Part shown: positions 56,651-64,000 of the stretch, piece by piece
Layout: every line of letters begins with the position of its first letter
How positions within the stretch are numbered: position 1 is the stretch's first letter
DNA from: Pseudomonadota bacterium
GTDB taxonomy: Bacteria; Pseudomonadota; Gammaproteobacteria; Pseudomonadales; JADFDG01
Direction of reading: 5' to 3'
Assembly: GCA_049324475.1 (NCBI GenBank)
Contig: JBMOOO010000012.1
Location: 4,468 to 68,467, forward strand
Length of the DNA: 64,000 nt
Made by a program: the position numbers and the translations under genes
The notes under the pieces: model-generated
What the model saw: only the letters and a program-made list of their open reading frames with translations
What the model was told of the DNA's origin: nothing
The model's database searches: none

Positions 56651-57421
56651 GTGATCGCGACAAGACCGGCACTGGCGCTTGCCCTTTTCCTGTTGGCCGG
56701 CCCGGCGGCGGCATCGTCCTGCGCGTCGCAATTGACCCTGTCGGCCGGCCGTGCCGGGCTGGCCGAGCACACCGGTTACGGCAAGCTGACCGAGGAGGCA
56801 GTCTGGCCGGGCCTGGGCGGCAGGGCGGCGTGGCCGCTCGGCAGGCATTGCCTCACTCTCGATGGCAGCTGGCGCGGAGGTACGGCCGACTACGACGGCT
56901 TCCTGCAGCCGGGCGGCACCCCGTATCGCACCACCAGCGACCAGACGCTCCTGCGCGGAGAAATGATGCTGACGTCGGCGCTGGATGAGCGTTTCGCGCT
57001 GGCCCTGCAGCTGGGCACAGAACGTTTCCTGCGCGACATCCAGCCGCGCGGCGCGGTGCCCGGCCTGACCGAGACCTACACCTGGGTGTGGCTGGCGGCC
57101 GGTGCTGACTGGCATGCCTGTCGTGGCTGCGTCGTGAGCATCACGGGCAGGCTGCGGCTGGGTGTGCTGGCATACGGTGCCAGCGACGTGGATCTCGGCA
57201 GTGCCGGCCAGGTCGACATCTCGCTGGATGACGGCACGTTCACGCGCCTGGAGCTGGAAGGCCGTCTGCCGGACAGCCCCTGGCACCTGGCCCTGTACAG
57301 CGAGCAGCGGGATTTCGCCCGCTCGGAGCCGGCTTCCGTCTCGGGCGGTGCCGGCACGGCCTATCAGCCGGCTTTCGATGTCGGCGAGCTGGGGCTTGCC
57401 CTGCGCCGGGACCTGGACTGA
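56651..57421 (+). CDS. Probable outer-membrane beta-barrel protein
   Basis: GTG start with AGGAG RBS, signal peptide, alternating amphipathic strands and YDG motif; lacks a terminal Phe. Confidence 0.6.
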   Translation: MIATRPALALALFLLAGPAAASSCASQLTLSAGRAGLAEHTGYGKLTEEAVWPGLGGRAAWPLGRHCLTLDGSWRGGTADYDGFLQPGGTPYRTTSDQTLLRGEMMLTSALDERFALALQLGTERFLRDIQPRGAVPGLTETYTWVWLAAGADWHACRGCVVSITGRLRLGVLAYGASDVDLGSAGQVDISLDDGTFTRLELEGRLPDSPWHLALYSEQRDFARSEPASVSGGAGTAYQPAFDVGELGLALRRDLD

Positions 57422-57482
57422 GCGTGCGGCTGCCGCTCAGGCCGCCAATTGCACCGTTCGTCGAAGGTCAGGCTGCCCGGCT

Positions 57483-57498
57483 TGTGCTGCCTGTCACG
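57483..57498 (+). promoter_or_regulatory. CRP/Vfr-like box upstream of lipoprotein paralog 2
   Basis: TGTGC-TGCCTG-TCACG; the flanks resemble those of the paralog 1 site. Confidence 0.5.
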
Positions 57499-57599
57499 TT
57501 CCCCCGGAATTGATGCCCCGGCCGGTCTCCAACGCGGAGCGGCGGGCGGAAACGCCATCCATGCGGGCGTTATCAACAACAGGAAGTGCAGGGGTCTTT

Positions 57600-58604
57600 A
57601 TGTCCACCAAACATCATCATCGTCTGAGTTTGCTCGCCGTGGCCGTGGCGGCCGTGGCCTTGACCGGTTGTGACGACGACGACGGCAGCAGCCGGAGTTC
57701 GATTTCCCTTACCACCGAAAATGCACCGTTCGTGGCCGCCGATGTCGCCGGCGTTGTCGGAGGGATTGAAGAGATCGGCGAAGCCGGTCCCGCCGGCCTG
57801 AAAGGCGTGGTGGCACGTGCCCGTGCTGCCCGCGAGGCTGTTGCGTGCGCCGCGGGTGGTACCTCCGAATATTTCGAGACCGAATCGACCTGGGGTACGA
57901 CTTACCGGAACTGCACGTCCGTCGAGGGCTCGGATCCGGACAACCAGTACCGGGTGGTCTACAACGGCACTGTCGAAGGTGCCGAAACGATGTACGGCGG
58001 CCTGTACATCTACTCCAACTACCGGGTGGCCGCGCAGGCAACCGATGACGGCGAGCTGGTGTACCGGTACTCGGAGTCGCTGGACGGCACGGTGGAATAC
58101 CAGGAATTCGGGCCGGGCTATGGCGGTTACAACAACGTGGGCGGTGAGCGGTATATCACCGATGGTCTGAGCGTCAAGCGCAGCCTGTTCGAGGAAGACG
58201 GACTCCTCATGCCCACGGCCGTCGACAGTGACGACCTGAACGAGTCCAGCAGCGTCTACTACGACGAGTTCGATGTCACGTTCTCTTCCTACGGCGGCTA
58301 CGAGTACTGGAACGGCATCGTGAAAGCGGATGCGTCGGGGCTCGGCATCACGACCGTCGAGTCCGACGGCTGGTTCGGCGTCAATTACAACTGCCCGACC
58401 GTGTACGGCGGCCTCTGGATCACGGGTCGTCTTGTCGATGATGGCGAAGACGAAGTGCCGACCGGCAACTTCCTGTACCTCTCGTCCGTGGGCGGCCCGT
58501 TCGTTTCATACAGCCTCTACACCAAGGACGAGGAGCTGATCAGCAGCTATACCTACAACTGGTTCGAGTACGATCCTGACGCGAACTACGAGTACTGCGA
58601 GTAA
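57600..58604 (+). CDS. Tyr/Gly-rich acidic lipoprotein, paralog 2
   Basis: MSTKHHHRLSLL..LTGC-DDDD; shares TWG.TY.NC, YGGY.YWNG and SSYTYNWFEY with the paralogs. Confidence 0.8.
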   Translation: MSTKHHHRLSLLAVAVAAVALTGCDDDDGSSRSSISLTTENAPFVAADVAGVVGGIEEIGEAGPAGLKGVVARARAAREAVACAAGGTSEYFETESTWGTTYRNCTSVEGSDPDNQYRVVYNGTVEGAETMYGGLYIYSNYRVAAQATDDGELVYRYSESLDGTVEYQEFGPGYGGYNNVGGERYITDGLSVKRSLFEEDGLLMPTAVDSDDLNESSSVYYDEFDVTFSSYGGYEYWNGIVKADASGLGITTVESDGWFGVNYNCPTVYGGLWITGRLVDDGEDEVPTGNFLYLSSVGGPFVSYSLYTKDEELISSYTYNWFEYDPDANYEYCE

Positions 58605-58640
58605 TGATCCGCCGCGGGGCCTCATGTCCCGCGTGATCGG

Positions 58641-58669
58641 AAAAGGGCGCTTCGGCGCCCTTTTTCTTT
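58641..58669 (+). terminator. Intrinsic terminator with cUUCGg loop
   Basis: AAAAGGGCGC-TTCG-GCGCCCTTTT followed by TCTTT. Confidence 0.88.
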
Positions 58670-58743
58670 GGCCGGGCCAGTGCCCTGCCCCGGCCTCTCC
58701 GGGCGGCTATCCGGCCTTTCAGCGTTCGTCGGCGTTCGGGACT

Positions 58744-58759
58744 TGTGTACTGCTTCACA
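58744..58759 (+). promoter_or_regulatory. CRP/Vfr-like box upstream of lipoprotein paralog 3
   Basis: TGTGT-ACTGCT-TCACA. Confidence 0.6.
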
Positions 58760-58842
58760 TTTGTCCGGAATAGACGGGTCCTGCCGGGACCCTGATCCGG
58801 GTCCGGTCGGCCAACCAACAACGGAAGTACAGGGGTTTATCC

Positions 58843-59871
58843 ATGAAGCATCAACGTTTGAGTTTGCTGGCCGTGGCGATTGCCGCCGTCGCCTTGACGG
58901 GTTGTGAGGACGACGACAATCGACCGGGCTCGGTGAGCATCACCACGGCCGGCGCGCCGTTCGTGGCCACCGACGGCCTGTTCCTGCTGGAAGAGCTGGG
59001 CGACGTGCCGTCTCCGGGTGACCTGATGATGGGCCCGGCCGGGTTCGCTCCCGGTGCGGTCCTCAGCCGCACGCGCGCTGCCGCTGCCGCCGTGGTCGAG
59101 GGTGAGGAGATCGCCTGCACGTATGGCGGCACTTATGTCGCCAGCAGCAACGAGGGCAGCTGGGGCGTTGACTACAACAGCTGCGTCGAGGGTTACGTCG
59201 ATGGTGAGTACGAGGAATACACGGTCCTCAACGGCACCGCGACCGGCACCTACGGCAGCTACGGCGGCTTTACCGCCGAATACGAGGATTTCAGCTGGAA
59301 GTACACCGAGTCGTACGAAGGCCACGTCTACGAGCGCGAAAGCTACAGGATCGACGGCGCCTATGAGGATTATGCCTATTACGGCGGCTACGGCGGCTAC
59401 ACCCAGTACCACAACTACAACGGCGACGGCCTGAAGATCAGCTACAGCTACAAATACGATAATGATGAGCGGGCGAAAAAAGGCCCGCCGCCGGATTCGG
59501 AGATTTCGTATTCGATCACCTATGACGAATACGATGTCACGGCCTACTACTATGGCGGCTACCAGTACTGGAACGGCAGCATCAAGGCCACCGATTCCGA
59601 GCGCGGGGTCTGGTCCATCGACACGCCTGATGGTGCGTTTGGCGTGGACTACGGGTGCGACCGTGTCACCGGCGTCATCCGTTTCACCGGCCGTGTCGCG
59701 GAAGGCGAGGAAACGGACAGCTTCCTGACCAACATCCTGTACGTGAGCGGTAACGGCGGCCCGTACGCCACCTACAACCTGTACGAGTCCGACGACGAAA
59801 CCCTGATCAGCAGCTACACCTACAACTGGTTCGAGTACACCGAGGACGATTACAGCGGCTGCAGCGGCTGA
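58843..59871 (+). CDS. Tyr/Gly-rich acidic lipoprotein, paralog 3
   Basis: Lipobox LTGC-EDDD; LNGTATG and ATDSERG.W shared with paralog 1. Confidence 0.8.
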   Translation: MKHQRLSLLAVAIAAVALTGCEDDDNRPGSVSITTAGAPFVATDGLFLLEELGDVPSPGDLMMGPAGFAPGAVLSRTRAAAAAVVEGEEIACTYGGTYVASSNEGSWGVDYNSCVEGYVDGEYEEYTVLNGTATGTYGSYGGFTAEYEDFSWKYTESYEGHVYERESYRIDGAYEDYAYYGGYGGYTQYHNYNGDGLKISYSYKYDNDERAKKGPPPDSEISYSITYDEYDVTAYYYGGYQYWNGSIKATDSERGVWSIDTPDGAFGVDYGCDRVTGVIRFTGRVAEGEETDSFLTNILYVSGNGGPYATYNLYESDDETLISSYTYNWFEYTEDDYSGCSG

Positions 59872-59891
59872 CCGGAAAGGCAGTGAAAACG

Positions 59892-59922
59892 GAAAGGGGC
59901 GCTTCGGCGCCCTTTTCTTTTT
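59892..59922 (+). terminator. Intrinsic terminator with cUUCGg loop
   Basis: GGGCGC-TTCG-GCGCCC followed by TTTTCTTTTT. Confidence 0.88.
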
Positions 59923-59974
59923 CGGGCCCCGGTTGCGTTAGCATCAGGGCCTGTCAATCCTGCAGGGATATGTC

Positions 59975-60595
59975 ATGAAAAACGAACCGGTACGTTGCCC
60001 CTGGTGCGGAGACGATCCGCTGTACGTGGCCTATCACGACCGCGAGTGGGGCGTGCCGGTACGCGACGACCGCCTGCTGTTCGAGTTCATCGTGCTGGAA
60101 GGGGCGCAGGCCGGATTGTCCTGGATCACCATCCTGAGAAAGCGCGAAAACTACCGCAAGGCCTTTTCCGGCTTCGACCCGGAGAAAGTGGCGCGCTATA
60201 CCCCGGCGAAAATCGAAAAGCTGCTGCAGGATCCGGGAATTGTCCGGAACCGCCTGAAGGTGGAGAGCACGGTCTCCAATGCGAAGGCCTTCCTGAAGGT
60301 GCAGAAGGAGTTCGGCAGTTTCTCCGCCTACATCTGGGGCTTCACGGACGGCAAGCCGGTGATCAACCGGCCGCGGACCCTGAAGGATGTGCCGGCGCGC
60401 ACGGAATTGTCTGACCGGATCAGCAAGGATCTGAAAAAACGCGGATTCCGTTTTGTGGGCAGCACCATCGTGTATGCCCACCTGCAGGCCACCGGCATGG
60501 TCAATGACCACCTGGCGGGCTGCCACCGGCATCCGGACAACCTCAAGCCCGCCGAAGGATCGCGTACCCGGAAATCCGCCCGTCCCGCCCCATGA
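59975..60595 (+). CDS. tag: DNA-3-methyladenine glycosylase I
   Basis: RCPW, YHDREWG, LEGAQAGLSW, IVRNRLK and NDHL..C. Confidence 0.95.
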   Translation: MKNEPVRCPWCGDDPLYVAYHDREWGVPVRDDRLLFEFIVLEGAQAGLSWITILRKRENYRKAFSGFDPEKVARYTPAKIEKLLQDPGIVRNRLKVESTVSNAKAFLKVQKEFGSFSAYIWGFTDGKPVINRPRTLKDVPARTELSDRISKDLKKRGFRFVGSTIVYAHLQATGMVNDHLAGCHRHPDNLKPAEGSRTRKSARPAP

Positions 60596-61335
60596 GCCGC
60601 TTCCTCGTCATCAAGACCGGCAAGACCTACGACAACATCCGCGAACGGCACGGCTGCTTCGAGCAATGGATTGCCGACGGCCTGGGCGTTGCCTGTGACC
60701 GCGTGAACGTCGTGAACGTGGTTGAAGGCGGCCTGCTGCCGGCACGTCTGGACGATATCGCCGGCATTGTCATCACCGGCTCGCCGGCCATGGTGACCGA
60801 GCGCCAGCCCTGGAGCGAGGCGGTGGCGCGCTGGCTGGCGTTCGAGATTGTCGAGCGCGGTGCACAGGTGCCGGTGCTGGGTATCTGTTACGGGCACCAG
60901 CTGATTGCCCATGCACTGGGCGGCCGCGTCGACTACAACCCGCGCGGTCGCGAGATCGGCACCGTGCAGCTGCAGGGCACGCCGGAAGCGGCCCGCGATC
61001 CGCTGCTGGGCGCGCTGGATTTCCCGTTGACGGCACACGTGACGCATCTGCAGAGCGTGGTGGAGCTGCCGGCGGGCGCCGTGCATCTGGCGGCCAGCGA
61101 CATGGAGCCCAATCACGCCTACCGGATCGGCGATTCGATCTGGGGCGTGCAGTTCCATCCGGAATTCACCGCCGACATCATGCGTGCCTATATCGATGTG
61201 CTGAGCGAGCGCATGGCCGGCGAGGGGCTCGATGCCGATGCCGTGCAGGCCGGTGTGGGCGATGCCGCACAGGCAGCGACCCTGCTGCGGCGTTTTGCCG
61301 AGCTGTCGCTCGCCCGCTTACGTATCGACACTTGA
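60592..61335 (+). CDS. Class I glutamine amidotransferase
   Basis: ITGSP, LGICYGHQ and VQFHPE catalytic-triad motifs. Confidence 0.9.
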   Translation: MSRFLVIKTGKTYDNIRERHGCFEQWIADGLGVACDRVNVVNVVEGGLLPARLDDIAGIVITGSPAMVTERQPWSEAVARWLAFEIVERGAQVPVLGICYGHQLIAHALGGRVDYNPRGREIGTVQLQGTPEAARDPLLGALDFPLTAHVTHLQSVVELPAGAVHLAASDMEPNHAYRIGDSIWGVQFHPEFTADIMRAYIDVLSERMAGEGLDADAVQAGVGDAAQAATLLRRFAELSLARLRIDT

Positions 61336-61411
61336 GCGGCGCTGCCCCCGGGCATAACCTGCGCCTCCCCTGCCCGCGTCGATCCGCCGCGCATTTTTCC
61401 GGACGGCCTCC

Positions 61412-62827
61412 ATGTTGCGTATGCGCCTGAACTTCCTGCGCCCTGCCCTGCTCCTGCCCCTGGCCGCGTTCCTGCTGGCGGCCTGCGACGGCGAAAAGGT
61501 CGAGTACGACCCGGATATCTACGACATCGAATGGATCCTGCTCGACGGCACCGCGGCCACCGGCGTGGCCGGCGAGTACGGCTCGCTGGGCGTGGCCTCG
61601 CCGGACAACCGTCCCGGCGGCCGCACCGGCGCCGTGGCCTGGACCGAACGCGACGAGGAAACCGACCTCGAGGTGTTCTGGCTGTTCGGCGGTACCGGCT
61701 ACGACGCCGATGGCCTGGTCGGGCCGCTCAACGATCTCTGGAAATACGAGAAGCAGGGAGACGGCAGCCTGCAGTGGACCTGGGTGGCGGGCTCCGCCAC
61801 GACGGTCGGCGCCACGGCGGATTACGACGGGGTCGGCCTGCCCGGCCTGCCCGGCGGGCGCAATCAGGCCCTGGGCTGGATCGACGCGGACGGCGCCCTC
61901 TGGCTGTTCGGCGGCAGTGGCCGTGACGGCAGCGGCAGCACCGGCCGGCTGAACGATCTCTGGACATACGCGGACGGCAGCTGGACCTGGGTCGGCGGCA
62001 GCAGCACCGCCGACCAGGCCGGCATCTACGGCACGGCCGGCACCGCCGATCCCGGCAACTGGCCGGGTTCCCGCTACGCCGCGGGCGGCTGGGTGGATGA
62101 CGACGGCGGCTTCTGGCTGTTCGGCGGCAACGGGTTTGCCGCCGGCAGCGGCTGCTGCTGGCTGAACGACCTGTGGAAATACGAGGACGGCAGCTGGACC
62201 TGGATGAAGGGCTCCTCGTCCGCCAATGCCGAGGCCGTGTACGGCACGACCGGCGAGCCGGACGATGACAACACCCCGGGCGCCCGCTACGGCATGGCCG
62301 CCTGGCATACCCCGGACGTGGTCACCACGGACGAGGACGACCTGCAGGCCGGCTGGATCTTCGGTGGCACCGGCGCCGACGACGAAGCCGACCGGGTGGT
62401 GCTCAACGAGATCTGGCGCTTCGATCACGAATCCGGTGACTGGATCTTCATCCTGGGCTCGAAGGGAGCATTCTCTGCCGGCTCCTATGGCGGGCGCGGA
62501 CAGTTTGCGTTCACTAACGTGCCGCCTTCCCGGCACCGTCCGGTGGCCTGGCAAACGGGCAGCACGCTCTGGATGTTCGGGGGTGCGGTCGAGAAAACGG
62601 CGGGCACGGTGACCCGCCCCAATGACCTCTGGCGCTTCGATACCGTCGGCTGGACCTGGGTCGGTGGCGCATCCTCCGACAACCCGGACGGGGATTACCC
62701 GGAGCTGGCCGGTGAGGTCGGGCAGCCGGGCGGCCGGGAAGGCGGGGTCGGCTGGGTCGACGACCTGGGCAGCCTCTGGCTGCTGGGCGGCGAAGCCCGC
62801 AGCGATTTCTGGATCTTCCCGCGCTGA
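61412..62827 (+). CDS. Kelch/galactose-oxidase-type beta-propeller lipoprotein
   Basis: Lipobox LAAC; six PG.R...W..G.LWLFGG...NDLW repeats, the last partial. Confidence 0.8.
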   Translation: MLRMRLNFLRPALLLPLAAFLLAACDGEKVEYDPDIYDIEWILLDGTAATGVAGEYGSLGVASPDNRPGGRTGAVAWTERDEETDLEVFWLFGGTGYDADGLVGPLNDLWKYEKQGDGSLQWTWVAGSATTVGATADYDGVGLPGLPGGRNQALGWIDADGALWLFGGSGRDGSGSTGRLNDLWTYADGSWTWVGGSSTADQAGIYGTAGTADPGNWPGSRYAAGGWVDDDGGFWLFGGNGFAAGSGCCWLNDLWKYEDGSWTWMKGSSSANAEAVYGTTGEPDDDNTPGARYGMAAWHTPDVVTTDEDDLQAGWIFGGTGADDEADRVVLNEIWRFDHESGDWIFILGSKGAFSAGSYGGRGQFAFTNVPPSRHRPVAWQTGSTLWMFGGAVEKTAGTVTRPNDLWRFDTVGWTWVGGASSDNPDGDYPELAGEVGQPGGREGGVGWVDDLGSLWLLGGEARSDFWIFPR

Positions 62828-62997
62828 GTTCCGGCGCCCCGCCACACCGGGCAAATGGCTGAAACTGCTGAATTGTCCAACCGGTCGCTATTTCCCGGGC
62901 GACGGTTCGGGAGATGCTCTCCCCCTCGTTTTTGACGGCTGGACCGTGCGGAGTCATCCGCACGGATTCGTCATGTCTCCGACAGGGAGGTTGTCCC

Positions 62998-64000
62998 ATG
63001 GTGTCCTCACCGGTGGCCGCGCTGCGTGCCGGCCTGTTCTGCGCATCCGTTTTCTTCCTGACCGCCTGCGATGACGGCGGCGGCGGCAAATCCCCGGCCG
63101 CAGCGGCCTCCCGTGTCGAGCACTCGGCGCTGCCCCCGGGCGATGCCACCTGTCCGAACGGCGGCATCCTGGTGGAGACCGGTTTCGATCTCGACAAGGA
63201 CGGGGTGCTCGACGAGAACGAAATCGTCGACAGCGAGAAGGTCTGCAACGGCGCACCCGGCGCCGCCGGCGGTGACGGCAGCGATGGCCTGACCGCGCTG
63301 GTGAGTGTCACGGCACTGTCGGCCGGCGGACTGTGCCCGGCCGGCGGTTTCCAGGTGGATGCGGGCCTCGACGACGATGACGACAACGTGCTCGATGCCG
63401 GCGAAGTCGATCACAGCAGCTGGGTCTGCAACGGCCTCGACGGACTGGATGGCGATGATGGCAGCGACGGTGCCGATGGCCTTGATGGCTACACCACGCT
63501 GATGAACGTCAGCGCGCAGGGCGCCAGCGGCACCTGCCCGGCCGGCGGCCAGCGCATCGATATCGGCCTCGACCTCGACCGCGACGGCACGCTCGACACC
63601 GGCGAGATCGCGAAATGGGAACTGGTCTGCAACGGCAGCGACGGCGAGGCGGGCAGTGCCGGCGAAGACGGCTACAGCACGCTGGCGAACGTGGACGTGG
63701 AAGCACCGGGCAGCAACTGCGGCACCGGCGGCCAGAAACTGGAAACCGGCCTGGATCTGGACCGCGACAACGCGCTGGATGCCGGGGAAGTGCAAAGCGT
63801 GCGTTACGTATGCAACGGCGCGGCCGGGAGCGCCGGACTGAGCTCGCTGGTGGCGATCGGCGACGAAGTCGCCGGCGCCAACTGCGCGACCGGCGGCCAG
63901 CAGATCGATTCCGGACTCGATGACGACCGCGACGGCACGCTGGATGCCGGCGAAATCGACAGTACCAGCTACGTGTGCAACGGCGCCGACGGCAGCGACG
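62998..64000 (+). CDS. Large repeat lipoprotein (DUF7151-like C..GG...DxDxDG.LD..E...CNG repeats with G-x-x linkers), 3'-truncated
   Basis: ATG 62998 after GGGAGG; MVSSPVAALRAGLFCASVFFLTAC lipobox; five repeats in an open frame to the window end; absent from the ORF track. Confidence 0.82.
   Translation, partial: MVSSPVAALRAGLFCASVFFLTACDDGGGGKSPAAAASRVEHSALPPGDATCPNGGILVETGFDLDKDGVLDENEIVDSEKVCNGAPGAAGGDGSDGLTALVSVTALSAGGLCPAGGFQVDAGLDDDDDNVLDAGEVDHSSWVCNGLDGLDGDDGSDGADGLDGYTTLMNVSAQGASGTCPAGGQRIDIGLDLDRDGTLDTGEIAKWELVCNGSDGEAGSAGEDGYSTLANVDVEAPGSNCGTGGQKLETGLDLDRDNALDAGEVQSVRYVCNGAAGSAGLSSLVAIGDEVAGANCATGGQQIDSGLDDDRDGTLDAGEIDSTSYVCNGADGSD

Noticed and set aside
62828-62997. Possible c-di-GMP riboswitch upstream of the repeat lipoprotein (GGCAAA...GAAA plus hairpins)
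   Set aside because: It lacks the paired stem around the GAAA loop and the second GCAAA-stem element; only generic hairpins are present.
55405-64000. CRISPR array or diversity-generating retroelement explanation for the repeats
   Set aside because: The repeats are degenerate, in-frame and protein-coding; there are no identical spaced repeats, cas genes, reverse transcriptase or near-identical TR/VR pair.

Overview
High-GC chromosomal window from a Gammaproteobacterium, probably Pseudomonadales/Moraxellaceae- or Alcanivorax-like (inferred from glyQS, WS/DGAT and many lipid-metabolism genes). In order it holds: a wax-ester synthase; a TetR-led six-gene operon of unknown function (Zn-ADH, acetoacetate-decarboxylase-like protein, membrane protein, DUF1214, sulfotransferase); an alpha-2-macroglobulin with an N-terminal LprI-like domain plus pbpC; a redox/electrophile-stress cluster; and a secreted beta-propeller/IPT protein. 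Next is a ~9 kb defence island, a type I RM system in the order hsdR-hsdS-[cargo]-hsdM. Its lower-GC cargo is an ABC-ATPase + TOPRIM-like (DUF4276) pair and a DUF3800 RNase H-like gene whose stop codon lies inside a structured putative ncRNA. The rest contains beta-oxidation, envelope and regulatory genes; glyQS, with an AT-rich patch at the 5' end of glyS; three paralogous Tyr-rich acidic lipoproteins that each have their own CRP-like box, shared leader motif and cUUCGg terminator; and kelch and Ca-binding-repeat lipoproteins. No rRNA, tRNA, CRISPR array, integrase or transposase was seen. Family names come from motif recognition by eye, not database searches. The best candidates for a poorly described system are the DUF3800+ncRNA module nested in the RM operon and the triplicated lipoprotein cassette.
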